Shown here piece after piece: positions 8,763 through 18,698 of a DNA stretch of 64,000 nt. The notes beneath the pieces were generated by a model that was not told the origin of the DNA, made no database searches, and saw only the letters and a program-made list of their open reading frames with translations. The position numbers were made by a program, and so were the translations under genes. Position 1 is the first letter of the stretch. Every line of letters begins with the position of its first letter. Source of the stretch: Gloeobacterales cyanobacterium (GTDB lineage Bacteria; Cyanobacteriota; Cyanobacteriia; Gloeobacterales; PMM-0068); the NCBI GenBank assembly GCA_038245785.1, contig JBBRSB010000021.1:1-64000 (forward strand). Direction: 5' to 3'.

Positions 8763-10134
8763 AGAAAATAAAGACAGTAAAAGTTACAGTAAAAAACCCA
8801 GACCTTCAAAATCTGGTAGGCCTGGCCCTTCTGCCTCTGGCGGAGGTTATAAAAGAACCTCCAGCGCTAGCTCTGCTACCCCCAGCGCGAACAGTCGTTT
8901 TAAGAAAGCACGCACCTTCTCAACTCGTCCTACTTCTGGTCAGGCATCCACCGGGGAGCAATCCTCGGACAAGAGTCGAGCCTGGAAGCCGCGTTTGGCT
9001 TCATCCTTTGCCCGCACAGACCAGGGACCTGCCCGCAAGCCCTTTCAAAGATCTGAGTCGGGTTCAGAACAAAGATCTGAGCGTCCAGAACGGAGATTTG
9101 AACAAAGACCTGCGGGTACAGGCAGACCCTTTAAAAGATCCGAACAAGAGTCAGACCGTCCTCGCTTCCGTAGTGAACCATCACAGCCATCCTCCGGTCG
9201 TAAACCTTTTAGAAGAGCTGAGCAAGAATCAGGCGCTCCCACCCGGTCCAAGTGGAATGACCGAGGAGGCTCATCACGCCCTGCTCCCCGGAGAGGCTCC
9301 AGTGAAGAATTAGCTATCCAGAGAAAACCAAGGGCTACAGCACCGGAAGCAGAGACCGTTTCTCCGGTTGAAGACGAAACGGAATTGCTCTATGGCAAGC
9401 AGCCTGTGCGTTCAGCCCTGGAAAAAGGCCGCACGCTCAATCGTCTCTGGATCATAGACCAGCTTCGTTATGACGGCCGCTTTTTGCCCCTGATTGAAGA
9501 GGCTAAAAATAAAGGAACGGTGATTGATGTCGTTGACCGTAAACGGCTGGACCAGATTACCCAAGGGGAGAACCATCAGGGGGTCGTGGCCCAAGTTGCA
9601 GCCTATACCTACTGGGAATTGGAAGACCTGATACAGCACAGTGCCAAAGACCCAGAACCGATGATTTTGGTTCTAGATGGTATTGAAGACCCGCAGAACC
9701 TTGGCTCTTTGATTCGTACCGCTGAAGCTTTGGGCGTGAATGGGTTGGTTATCCCTCAGCGCAGAGCCTCTGGAGTCACCTCTACCGTTTCTAAAGTGGC
9801 CGCTGGTGCCGTAGAACATCTGCCTATTTCCCGTGTAGTTAACCTGAACCAAGCAATAGAGCGCCTAAAAGAAGCGGGTTACTGGGTCGTCGGAGCAGAA
9901 GCTTCTGGCGAACGCTCTGTCTCGGCAATGGATATGAAAGGCCCCTTAGTGGTGGTGATTGGTTCTGAAGGCAAAGGGATCAGCCTTTTGACCCAAAAAC
10001 TCTGTGATTTCATCTGTCATATCCCGCTCAAAGGCAGAACACCTAGCCTTAATGCTGGGGTCGCTGGAGCGATTGTGCTCTATGAAGTCAGTCGTCAACG
10101 AGCAACGCGGACGATCAAAATGGAGATGACTTAA
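8725..10134 (+). CDS. rlmB: 23S rRNA Gm2251 methyltransferase with long low-complexity N-terminal extension
   Basis: NHQGVVA, LDGIEDPQNLGSLIR, GSEGKG, SLNAGVA SPOUT motifs. Confidence 0.95.
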   Translation: MNSLPQRTKTVNKENKDSKSYSKKPRPSKSGRPGPSASGGGYKRTSSASSATPSANSRFKKARTFSTRPTSGQASTGEQSSDKSRAWKPRLASSFARTDQGPARKPFQRSESGSEQRSERPERRFEQRPAGTGRPFKRSEQESDRPRFRSEPSQPSSGRKPFRRAEQESGAPTRSKWNDRGGSSRPAPRRGSSEELAIQRKPRATAPEAETVSPVEDETELLYGKQPVRSALEKGRTLNRLWIIDQLRYDGRFLPLIEEAKNKGTVIDVVDRKRLDQITQGENHQGVVAQVAAYTYWELEDLIQHSAKDPEPMILVLDGIEDPQNLGSLIRTAEALGVNGLVIPQRRASGVTSTVSKVAAGAVEHLPISRVVNLNQAIERLKEAGYWVVGAEASGERSVSAMDMKGPLVVVIGSEGKGISLLTQKLCDFICHIPLKGRTPSLNAGVAGAIVLYEVSRQRATRTIKMEMT

Positions 10135-10283
10135 GTAACTAGGTGGAAGACCCCCTATAGTCCCCCACCCTATGCCTTCGGCAAGCTTCGCTAACGGGAA
10201 AGCAGTCTCTTGCAGAGACGCTACGCGAACGCTTAGGGCAAGGGGGACGGCGATAGCCGGGGGTTGTTTAGCCCATCCACTTA
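10132..10283. mobile_element. MITE-like repeat (TAAGT...ACTTA ends) carrying two nested 24-nt mini elements
   Basis: Shares TAAGTARCTAGGTGGAA, AGTCCCCC, GGGCAAGGGGGACGGCGATAGC and AGCCCAYCCAC with 37809-37906. Confidence 0.7.
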
Positions 10284-10634
10284 TTCCATTTTCTTTTGAT
10301 TGATAGACTCAGCCCAAGATTGATTCTGGTCCACCGTCAGAACAATTTTTTGATACAGCTCATCGTTCAAATCTAGAACTAAGTAATCCTGATCTCGGAT
10401 GGCATACCAGAATTCTTTGCTGCTGCCCGTGTAATAGGTCCCTGCTTTGATCACGCCAGGAATAGAAGTTCCCAAAGCCCGAATTTCTGTCCACGTGCTG
10501 GTGGGTTTTTCTGTGGAAACCCGTTCAATATGCTCCAAGGGAATCTCAAACGTCTTGCTGAGACTGACCGCCCACAGTTGTTCAAACCATTCCATTTCTA
10601 TGTACAGCTTTTTATCGACAAGGTTGATCTTCAT
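10281..10634 (-). CDS. Hypothetical protein (bacterial PH-like fold likely)
   Basis: GTSIPGVIKAGTYY motif; true start MKINLV, since the longer ORF runs through a MITE. Confidence 0.75.
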   Translation of the reverse strand: MKINLVDKKLYIEMEWFEQLWAVSLSKTFEIPLEHIERVSTEKPTSTWTEIRALGTSIPGVIKAGTYYTGSSKEFWYAIRDQDYLVLDLNDELYQKIVLTVDQNQSWAESINQKKME

Positions 10635-10663
10635 GTCTTTAGCCTCCGGCTGAGGGGTATTAA

Positions 10664-10800
10664 TAGAACTCCTGCATGAATCCCAGAAGCCTAAATCCCC
10701 GTTAGTGAAGCTTCTCAGAGAGTATTCTGGGGAACTTTGAGGGTAGAACCCCCCAAAGTTGGGGGGCAGGGGGGCGAAAGTCAATTCATACAAGAGTCTA
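10664..10800. mobile_element. TA-ended MITE with nested mini element
   Basis: Imperfect TIRs TAGAACTCCTGCATGAAT / ATTCATACAAGAGTCTA; internal CCCCCAAAGTTGGGGG hairpin. Confidence 0.7.
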
Positions 10801-10900
10801 ATGAACTAAGTCTGGAGTAGTCTAAGTCACAGTGCTCCAGTCTCTGCTTCTACAATGGGGCAATTCCCGTGCGATCAACAGTTAGCCTTCTGTCATTGAT

Positions 10901-11947
10901 GTGTACAATATTAGAGTGACATCGCACAGCCCCTACTGCGCATTGGATACAGGTAGCTGGCTCAAGCTGATCTGCGGGGCTAGTTTTCACCATTTGCCCA
11001 GCATTCGTAATTTGGCTTTGGTATACAGCTTAGCAGGCGTTGATTGTATTGACTTCGCCGCCGAACCTGCTGTTTTGCATACCGTGAAGGCCGGGATTGA
11101 CCAAGCACAGATTCTTGCCCAACAGTGGTCTATGCCCTTCCATCGGCCTTGGCTGATGGCAAGCCTCAATGCTGGAGAAGATCCCCATTTCCGCAAAGCT
11201 TTCTTTGACCCTGCACAATGTCCACTCGATTGTCCTCGACCCTGTGAACGGGTGTGCCCAGCCCTAGCCATTGACCAGACCGGAGTCCTACAGGACCGTT
11301 GCTATGGTTGTGGACGCTGTGAGCCCGTTTGTCCTTTGGGCCTCGTGGAATTCGTCTCCAAAACTTATTCTCTGCCCGAGTTAGTCCAATTTCTGATCGA
11401 AGCAAGCATCGATGCCATTGAAGTGCATACACAACCAATTTCAATCGAGCCTTTTTGTACGCTTTTTACAGAGCTGAAACCCCTTTTATCGAGGCTTAAA
11501 TTATTCTCTGTGAGCGTGCCGGATGGTGAAGGTTTAGAAAATTTTGTTCAACACGTGGGTCTGATGATTCAAGATTCCAGCTTGAATGCTCAAACAAAAC
11601 AACATCTGATTTGGCAAACCGATGGACGGCCGATGAGTGGTGATTTGAAAGCAATTAGTACGAGCCGCCAGGGTTTAGCCCTGGCTTCAAAGTTCCATGC
11701 CTTCAAGCCAAAAGGCCATCTGCAACTTGCCGGTGGAACCAACCACACTACAGCTGGTCTAATGGAGACAGCAGCCTTTCCAATTGCAGGCGTAGCTTTT
11801 GGGTCCTATGCCCGCAAACTGATACAAGAGGAAGCAGATGGTGCTCCCATAGAAGACAACATGCAACACCTTAGTTTAGCGCTGAAGAAAGCACAGGCTC
11901 TGGTCACCCCTTATAAACCCCACCTGGAGATATGCTGCCATGGTTAA
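10901..11947 (+). CDS. ldpA: Light-dependent period protein LdpA (4Fe-4S)
   Basis: WLKLICGAS, EDPHFRKA, CPLDCPRPCERVCP, CYGCGRC, QLAGGTN. Confidence 0.92.
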   Translation: MYNIRVTSHSPYCALDTGSWLKLICGASFHHLPSIRNLALVYSLAGVDCIDFAAEPAVLHTVKAGIDQAQILAQQWSMPFHRPWLMASLNAGEDPHFRKAFFDPAQCPLDCPRPCERVCPALAIDQTGVLQDRCYGCGRCEPVCPLGLVEFVSKTYSLPELVQFLIEASIDAIEVHTQPISIEPFCTLFTELKPLLSRLKLFSVSVPDGEGLENFVQHVGLMIQDSSLNAQTKQHLIWQTDGRPMSGDLKAISTSRQGLALASKFHAFKPKGHLQLAGGTNHTTAGLMETAAFPIAGVAFGSYARKLIQEEADGAPIEDNMQHLSLALKKAQALVTPYKPHLEICCHG

Positions 11948-13742
11948 CGCTTCTGGGATGAATACCTTTTCTGAAACCGCAGACGAAAATACGCTTGAAA
12001 ATACGCTTATTGTTCAGGAAACCAGGGTGACCGACGACCTTGCCAAACTATTAGCTATCTTGCCGCCCCAGATTACAAAGGCGCTGGGGGCAGATGAAGG
12101 AACGACTCAGGAAGACCTCAGGGATTTAATCGAAATTATCCTGGACCTGGGACGTTTGCCGGAAGCTCGGTTTGTGGGACGGACCCAATACCTCTCCGAG
12201 CAAGTCCTGACCCAAGAAGAACTAGATTATGTGATTGAGCGGGTCGGTGAATTTTCTGGAGATAACCGGGCGGGCATTGGGCGCACGCTGCACCGGATTA
12301 GCGCGATTCGCAACCGTCAAAATAAGATTATTGGTCTGACCTGTCGGGTCGGAAGAGCGGTCTATGGAACTCTGGCGATGATTCGGGACCTGGTGGAATC
12401 CGGAAAATCAATCTTGATGCTGGGTCGGCCTGGGGTGGGAAAGACCACAGCCCTGCGAGAAATGGCCCGCGTTTTGGCCGATGACCTGGATAAGCGCGTC
12501 GTCGTTATTGATACGTCCAATGAAATTGCTGGAGATGGGGATGTGCCGCATCCAGCCATTGGTCGTGCCCGTCGGATGCAGGTAGCGCGCCCCGAACTTC
12601 AGCACCAGGTGATGATTGAAGCGGTCGAGAACCATATGCCAGAAGTAATCATTATTGATGAAATCGGCACAGAATTGGAAGCCCAAGCCGCCCGCACGAT
12701 CGCTGAACGAGGGGTGATGCTGGTGGGGACAGCCCACGGGAATCAATTAGAAAACCTGATTAAAAACCCGACCCTGTCCGACTTAGTCGGCGGAATTCAA
12801 TCCGTTACCTTGGGCGATGATGAAGCTCGCCGCCGAGGCACCCAGAAATCAGTGCTAGAGCGGAAAGCACCTCCTACTTTTGATATCGCGATTGAGATGA
12901 GTGAGCGCGTCCGTTGGATGGTCCATGAAGACTGTGCCCGTTCTGTAGATAGCCTCCTGAGAGGACAAAAGCCCAATCCTCAAGTGCGCACCGTTAGCAG
13001 CACCGGACAGGTGGAAGTAACTCACGAAGTCCCGGAAGTGGATACAACGGAGCGGATGTTTGCCCCTGGTTGGAGTGTAAACCGTACGCCAGTATCCTCG
13101 AAAGTGGCGCCCTTCAACGCTGGGACGAGCCGAAAAACGGGACCAACCGGGCAAAATTGGAAAGAACAAGGATTCATGGAAGCTTTGCCGCCCCAAGCCT
13201 TGGATCCCCAAGCTTTTGCCAGCGCTGAAACCATGGTTATCTATCCCTATGGCGTCAGCCGCAACGAACTCGAACGAATTATTCGCGCCTATAGCTACAA
13301 CGTCCGTCTGACCAAAGAATTAGACGAAGCGGATGTGGTCATGGCCTTGCGCTCCCATGTGCGCGACAAGGCAAAAATCTGCACGGTAGCCCAGAATCGC
13401 CAAATTCCGGTCTATGCGATCAAAGCGAATACGTTGTCCCACATTATGCGCGGGCTCCGCCGGATTCTTCATATCGATGAACCTGCGGGCGGCGAAGACT
13501 TAGACCTGAATCTGATGCTTGAAGGAGGAGACAGCGAGGATCATATGGAGGCTCTGGAAGAAGCTCGTCTTGCCGTTGAGCAGCTTGTCCTTCCTCGCAG
13601 ACAAACCGTAGAACTCTTGCCCCGTTCTCCAAAGATCCGCCGGATGCAACATGAATTGGTAGAACACTATCAGCTCACTTCCGAGAGCTTTGGCGAGGAA
13701 CCGCATCGCCGCCTGCGGATCTATCCTCCCGTTGCGAACTGA
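11940..13742 (+). CDS. Ycf45/SpoIIIAA-like AAA ATPase with C-terminal R3H domain
   Basis: GRPGVGKTT, IIIDEIG, IRRMQHELV. Confidence 0.92.
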   Translation: MVNASGMNTFSETADENTLENTLIVQETRVTDDLAKLLAILPPQITKALGADEGTTQEDLRDLIEIILDLGRLPEARFVGRTQYLSEQVLTQEELDYVIERVGEFSGDNRAGIGRTLHRISAIRNRQNKIIGLTCRVGRAVYGTLAMIRDLVESGKSILMLGRPGVGKTTALREMARVLADDLDKRVVVIDTSNEIAGDGDVPHPAIGRARRMQVARPELQHQVMIEAVENHMPEVIIIDEIGTELEAQAARTIAERGVMLVGTAHGNQLENLIKNPTLSDLVGGIQSVTLGDDEARRRGTQKSVLERKAPPTFDIAIEMSERVRWMVHEDCARSVDSLLRGQKPNPQVRTVSSTGQVEVTHEVPEVDTTERMFAPGWSVNRTPVSSKVAPFNAGTSRKTGPTGQNWKEQGFMEALPPQALDPQAFASAETMVIYPYGVSRNELERIIRAYSYNVRLTKELDEADVVMALRSHVRDKAKICTVAQNRQIPVYAIKANTLSHIMRGLRRILHIDEPAGGEDLDLNLMLEGGDSEDHMEALEEARLAVEQLVLPRRQTVELLPRSPKIRRMQHELVEHYQLTSESFGEEPHRRLRIYPPVAN

Positions 13743-13778
13743 GTAGCTAAGCAAAATGATGGCAGCGTGTCACCTACA

Positions 13779-15599
13779 CTAACTCTTCAGGGCCTTGGCG
13801 ACTTGCGGACTCGGCAGCAAAACTCTACGCAGGAAACGAGCCGTTTGTTGCTCTAGCCAGCGGGATGCCAACTTGCGGCCGAATTCTCTTCCTTCTTTAC
13901 GCGCCAAAACCTGGCGAACAATCGGTAAATATTTACGAGGATCAGGTGGCATTTTTAGACCATCTCTACCGTCTTGCTCGCCCTTATTCACCAGCGCCCA
14001 AAGCCGTTTAAAGCCTTCATTTTGGTTGTTGAACAGGGCTTCTAGCAGACGTTCACGGGTAGAAGAACCGTCGTCAGAAAGCAGAAAATCTAGAATTTGC
14101 TCTAAGGTGTCATCCGTGCTGTAGTCGCGAGCATCCTTAGCATTGTTCAAAAGATTTTCGAGACGATTCCAGCGGAAACTGCCGTCTTGGAAAAGTAATT
14201 CATTGAGAGAATTGCGCAACTGAGGAGAGCGGTCCGTGAGCATCTTGTGTGCCACATAGGGATAGGCCACCGCCAAAACTTTAAAGTCATCGCGAACACT
14301 CAGAGCAATTCCTTCCAAGGTCACCATTGAACGGATAATCAAGGCGTAGTAAGAAGGAACCTGGAAAGGCAAATCGTACATGATGCCAGACAGCTTATCG
14401 GTGATGCTCTTGAAATTGAGGTCATTGACCGTTGCCCCTAAAGCATCCTGGAAAACCTCTCTCAGGGCTGGGGTAATTCTGGATAGGTCCGTATCCGGGG
14501 TCAAAAATCCCAGACGCACATAATCTTTAGAAAGGGACTCAAAGTCTCGGTTGACTAGGTGAACAACGGCATCAATCAGTCCATAGCGCTGCTCGGCAGT
14601 GACTTCACTCATCATCCCAAAGTCCAGGTAGGCCAAGCGGCCATCGGCCATAGCCAAAAGATTGCCGGGATGAGGGTCTGCATGGAAGAAACCGTATTCC
14701 ATCAGCTGACGCAGAGAACACTGGACGCCAATCCCAATCAGTTTTTCACCATCCAGCCCTGCCCGTTGAATATCCTCTAAGCGCGTGAGTTTGATACCAT
14801 CCACCCATTCCATGGTTAAAACCCGACGTCGGGTGTATTCCCAGTAAATTTGAGGAACATAGATTTCTTGCATTACCTTGAACAAGCTGGCAAAATGCTC
14901 TGCATTATGCCCTTCATGGATATAGTCCATTTCTTCAAAAAGCTTAGTCCCAAATTCATCCAAAATCGCTACCACATCACTGTGAAGGAAGGGAAGCTTG
15001 GGCGCTATCCAGCCAATCAAGCTACGGAAAATATATAGATCTAGAGAAACTTGGGGCACTAAACCGGGACGCTGGACCTTAATCGCAACCGTTTGCCCAG
15101 TCTTCAGCCTACCCTTATAGACCTGCCCAAGAGAGGCGGCTGCAATTGGCTCTGGGCTAATCTCTTGATAAATTTCCTGAGGAGTCCGGCCCAATTCTTC
15201 TGTGATCAGCTGATAGGCCAGCTCATTGGGGAAAGCAGGTACATCATCCTGCAAGAGGGTAAGTTCTTCGAGATAAACCGGAGGCACCACATCCGGTCGG
15301 GTAGAAAGTGCCTGCCCAATCTTGATATAAAAAGGTCCAAGCTTCGTCAGGGTTTCCCGAAAGCGCACAGCCCTTCTGGACTGGTTGCGTTCTAGTCCTC
15401 CTGTCAAGCTATCCCACCAGACTAGAAAGCCAAATGTAAACAGAGGCAGCATGATCTGGAAAAACCGGACAAACGCCCGCCATCCCTTATTACTGTAGTA
15501 CCGCTCAATTTGCCCAGTGTCATAGCGACGCAAGCCAGAAAGGTCTGCGGAAGAACTTGAACTTGAAAGGAGCGCTGGCTCATTTTGGATAGCAGTCAT
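13779..15599 (-). CDS. ABC1/AarF/UbiB family kinase
   Basis: AAASLGQVY, AIKVQRP, HADPHPGN, LDFG. Confidence 0.95.
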   Translation of the reverse strand: MTAIQNEPALLSSSSSSADLSGLRRYDTGQIERYYSNKGWRAFVRFFQIMLPLFTFGFLVWWDSLTGGLERNQSRRAVRFRETLTKLGPFYIKIGQALSTRPDVVPPVYLEELTLLQDDVPAFPNELAYQLITEELGRTPQEIYQEISPEPIAAASLGQVYKGRLKTGQTVAIKVQRPGLVPQVSLDLYIFRSLIGWIAPKLPFLHSDVVAILDEFGTKLFEEMDYIHEGHNAEHFASLFKVMQEIYVPQIYWEYTRRRVLTMEWVDGIKLTRLEDIQRAGLDGEKLIGIGVQCSLRQLMEYGFFHADPHPGNLLAMADGRLAYLDFGMMSEVTAEQRYGLIDAVVHLVNRDFESLSKDYVRLGFLTPDTDLSRITPALREVFQDALGATVNDLNFKSITDKLSGIMYDLPFQVPSYYALIIRSMVTLEGIALSVRDDFKVLAVAYPYVAHKMLTDRSPQLRNSLNELLFQDGSFRWNRLENLLNNAKDARDYSTDDTLEQILDFLLSDDGSSTRERLLEALFNNQNEGFKRLWALVNKGEQDGRDGLKMPPDPRKYLPIVRQVLARKEGREFGRKLASRWLEQQTARFLRRVLLPSPQVAKALKS

Positions 15600-15712
15600 T
15601 CATATATCTTAACAAGACTATCCGCTAGGGGCTGCAGAATCTACCCCTTTTTTAAAGGGTTCATCAGAATAAGCAGATGAGCAAAAGTAACAGTAGGCAA
15701 CTTTGATTTGAG

Positions 15713-15934
15713 CTATTTTTTCAGACGGAAGGTGATTCTACCCTTGGTCAAATCATAGGGAGTTAGCTCTACACGGACTTTATCGCCCGATAGAACTTTG
15801 ATGTAGTTCTTCTTTAGTTTGCCCGCTAGGTGGGCGAGGATTTCGTAGTCGTTTTCGAGCTTCACCCGGAACATCGTGCCAGGCAGAGCTTCAACGACGA
15901 CACCTTCCATTTCAATCAGGTCTTCTTTGGACAA
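15713..15934 (-). CDS. infA: Translation initiation factor IF-1
   Basis: [10 protein letters not shown]...[15 protein letters not shown] start at 15934 likely. Confidence 0.97.
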   Translation of the reverse strand: MSKEDLIEMEGVVVEALPGTMFRVKLENDYEILAHLAGKLKKNYIKVLSGDKVRVELTPYDLTKGRITFRLKK

Positions 15935-16038
15935 GGAATATCCTGTATACATACATTTCTAATTGTAAAACTTCTGAAGCGCGTTTGCCGCATTTCAGCG
16001 TAAGTTATACAGGTTTACGTTTCAAACTACGGGGAAAA

Positions 16039-16839
16039 TCAAGCTACCAGCACTGTTTTCATGGTTGCGCGGTCTACTTTCGTCCGGTCCGTCAGAATTT
16101 CATGGCCTTCACGAGTGACGAGAACGGTGTGCTCAAACTGGGCTGAGAGCTTGCCATCTACGGTCACGACCGTCCATTTATCTTCTAAAAGGCGAGTATC
16201 GTAGCTGCCCACATTGACCATCGGCTCAATGGCCAGGGTCATTCCTGCTTTTAAGCGAGGATTACCCAGCTCACGGGTGCGGAAGTTTGGCACTTGGGGC
16301 GCTTCATGCAGCTTGCGGCCGACTCCGTGGCCGACATACTGGCGGACGACAGAAAAGTTGTAGGCCTCCACATAGTCCTGAATTGTTCCAGAAACTTCCT
16401 GGAGCAGAATTCCTTGCTTGACCTTCGCAATCCCGCGCATCAGCGCTTCTTCTGCTACTTCAATAAGCTTCTGCGCTTCTGGAGTGACGTTCCCAAGACC
16501 AACAGTGATACAAGAATCGCCATGAAATCCCTGATAGATAGCGCCAAAGTCTACCTTAACGACATCCCCATCGCGGAGCACTTTCTTCTTAGAAGGAATG
16601 CCATGCACTACTTCCTCATTAACGCTGGTGCACAGGCAGGCGGGAAATCCACCGTATCCCTTGAAGGCAGGGATGACTTCAAAATCTTTACAGCGCCGCT
16701 CTGCATGGGCATCTAAATCAGCCGTTGTCATCCCAGGAGCGGCAATCTCCATGACTTCTTTCAAGACCGTGGCCACAATCCGGCCAGCTACGCGCATCCG
16801 TTCGATGTCGCGGGGGGACTTAATTTCAATACCTCTCAT
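16039..16839 (-). CDS. map: Methionine aminopeptidase type I
   Basis: VVHGIP, GHGVG..LHE, AIEPM, AQFEHT; ATG 16839 preceded by AAGGA. Confidence 0.96.
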   Translation of the reverse strand: MRGIEIKSPRDIERMRVAGRIVATVLKEVMEIAAPGMTTADLDAHAERRCKDFEVIPAFKGYGGFPACLCTSVNEEVVHGIPSKKKVLRDGDVVKVDFGAIYQGFHGDSCITVGLGNVTPEAQKLIEVAEEALMRGIAKVKQGILLQEVSGTIQDYVEAYNFSVVRQYVGHGVGRKLHEAPQVPNFRTRELGNPRLKAGMTLAIEPMVNVGSYDTRLLEDKWTVVTVDGKLSAQFEHTVLVTREGHEILTDRTKVDRATMKTVLVA

Positions 16840-16889
16840 GCCAAATTCCTTTCCGGGGGCTTCATTTATTATGCCAGCAGCAAGGGGAG

Positions 16890-17537
16890 TCAATCCCCCA
16901 TTAATTGTTTAAATTGTTCACGCACCTGATCCATGGACAGATTTCCATCAACGATGTGTAGCTTTCCTTGAGCTTTGTAGTAGTCAATCAGAGGAGCCGT
17001 TTCATTTTGGAAGGCTTCTAGACGGACGGGAACGACTTCTGGTGAATCGTCTTTGCGGTGCTCTAGAGTATGAGGACCGCCATCGGTACAGCCTTTTTCG
17101 GGGGCGGGTTTGAACTTGGTATGAAACGTCTGTTTGCAGACAGAACAGGTCCGACGTCCGGTTAAACGCTCAAACAGAATCTCTTCAGGCACTTGGATCA
17201 GAATCACTCCTTCTAGCATTTCCTTACGGCGTTTCAGCATCGTATCCAGGGCTTTAGCCTGTTTAATGGTCCGAGGAAAGCCATCAAGAATCCAGCCCTG
17301 AGCCACATCAGGTTCTTTCATCCGCTCTTCAACAAGAGCCACCACCAATTTATCGGGTACAAGTTTGCCCTTATTGCTGTAGGTCTGGAATTTCTGTCCT
17401 AGTTCCGTCTGCGTTTTAATCGCAGCCCGGATAATATCGCCCGTCGAGATTTGGGGAATTTTGTATTCTTCTTGCAGGATTTGGGCTTGGGTCCCTTTGC
17501 CAGAGCCCGGAGCCCCGAGCAGCATGATTTTACGCAT
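16890..17537 (-). CDS. adk: Adenylate kinase (long LID type)
   Basis: GAPGSGKGTQA, LDGFPRT, LID with CSVC. Confidence 0.97.
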   Translation of the reverse strand: MRKIMLLGAPGSGKGTQAQILQEEYKIPQISTGDIIRAAIKTQTELGQKFQTYSNKGKLVPDKLVVALVEERMKEPDVAQGWILDGFPRTIKQAKALDTMLKRRKEMLEGVILIQVPEEILFERLTGRRTCSVCKQTFHTKFKPAPEKGCTDGGPHTLEHRKDDSPEVVPVRLEAFQNETAPLIDYYKAQGKLHIVDGNLSMDQVREQFKQLMGD

Positions 17538-17609
17538 GGCAGTTCCTAGTGCGCTCCCAGTTCTTATTTATTGTTCTTTATTTTTTCAGGAAGTGAGACC
17601 GATGACCTT

Positions 17610-17649
17610 TATTTCTTTTGTTTGTAGCCTTTCTCGTTAAATAACTTTA
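17610..17649. repeat. 40-bp direct repeat, copy 1
   Basis: TATTTCTTTTGTTTGTAGCCTTTCTCGTTAAATAACTTTA; 38/40 identical to 18699-18738. Confidence 0.9.
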
Positions 17650-17726
17650 CGGTTCGCCTTAGGGTATGTTAGTCAGCCCTGTCTAAGGTCATGCGCATTT
17701 AGCTGTTGTTGCCTTCTAATTCACTC

Positions 17727-17936
17727 TTAACGTAAATCTTCTTCAGATAACTGAGCTACTTTCATTAATGCTTTTAAGGTGCCAACTTTCAAGTCTTGAT
17801 CGCGATGAACTGGAATCGATAGAATTTGGTCTACTCCGGGTTTTTCATAGATATGATGGCTACCAGTGACTCTTCTCAAAACCCAACCTTTTCGCTCCAC
17901 AACCTTACACAATCGTTTACCGGAAATGGATTTCAT
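17727..17936 (-). CDS. hicA: HicA-family toxin (mRNA interferase)
   Basis: GWVLRRVTGSHHIY...IPVH...DLKVGTL. Confidence 0.92.
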   Translation of the reverse strand: MKSISGKRLCKVVERKGWVLRRVTGSHHIYEKPGVDQILSIPVHRDQDLKVGTLKALMKVAQLSEEDLR

Positions 17937-18136
17937 ACAGCGATTTCAACGACCTGATCGTTTGCCTGAGCCATCTGACGACTATTAGCAACATCAAGCC
18001 AACCCTCGATGGCATCCTTCAAGTTAGCCATCACTTCCTCTATTGTGTCTCCTTCCGTAATGCAGCCGGGAAGTGCAGGGACTTCTGCCCAGTAACCTCC
18101 TTCTTCTGCTGGATGAATAACTGCCTTAATTTTCAT
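17933..18136 (-). CDS. hicB: HicB-family antitoxin (short)
   Basis: EEGGYWAEVPALPGCITEGDT; overlaps the hicA start (ATGA). Confidence 0.92.
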   Translation of the reverse strand: MKIKAVIHPAEEGGYWAEVPALPGCITEGDTIEEVMANLKDAIEGWLDVANSRQMAQANDQVVEIAV

Positions 18137-18381
18137 AGGACCATCGAATCCGTGATTGAGTATACGATAGAAACTCTGTTTGCTCTCTTCTGCTGCAAAG
18201 GTCCACAAATAGCCTCTTGATTATAACCCCATCAATAATTCAGCGGTCGAACATTGGACACGAACGACATGACTCAGCCTACCGGCATATGCCCGCTTGA
18301 TGGAAGGGTTAGATCGTTTTCGGGAGGAAGAAAGCCGTGTGTATTTCATCTTGCAGCTCACGTCGAGTAATCTGTTCGGGA

Positions 18382-18588
18382 CTAAAGACTTAACAGAGGG
18401 ACATCAAGCGTTTGAAGATTGATGGCATCCACGTTTTTAGAACAGTTATCAATTGTGATAGCGACAACTTTACCTTGATCGTCGTAATCCAGGATTAAAT
18501 CATCAGTAATTGCATCGGTAGAAACGACAGTTTTACTGGTTAGCTCGATCGCTAGCGTGTCAGTTTCAGGAAAATATTGAATCTTCAT
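18382..18588 (-). CDS. DUF2283 family protein (putative antitoxin)
   Basis: MKIQYFPETDTLAI...LILDYDDQGKVVAITI. Confidence 0.85.
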   Translation of the reverse strand: MKIQYFPETDTLAIELTSKTVVSTDAITDDLILDYDDQGKVVAITIDNCSKNVDAINLQTLDVPLLSL

Positions 18589-18698
18589 TACAGTTCCCCG
18601 CCTCGCTGTTGTCGTTTATAAAAGTTACGGTCAAAAAAAGCATTGTGAACAGTTTCTCCGTCCTCTAGTGTAATGACTCTAAGAACTCGGCCCTCCAC
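18588..18698 (-). pseudogene. 5'-truncated partner (putative toxin) of DUF2283
   Basis: Reads VEGRVLRVITLEDGETVHNAFFDRNFYK...EL*; stop overlaps the DUF2283 ATG; cut at the direct repeat. Confidence 0.65.

Noticed and set aside
10635..10793. N-terminal extension of ORF 10281..10793
   Set aside because: It is read through a MITE; the RBS and ATG at 10634 fit better
17651..17680. dif/pdif-like site GGTTCGCCTTA...TATGTTAG next to hicA
   Set aside because: Spacer length and XerD arm do not fit the 11-6-11 consensus
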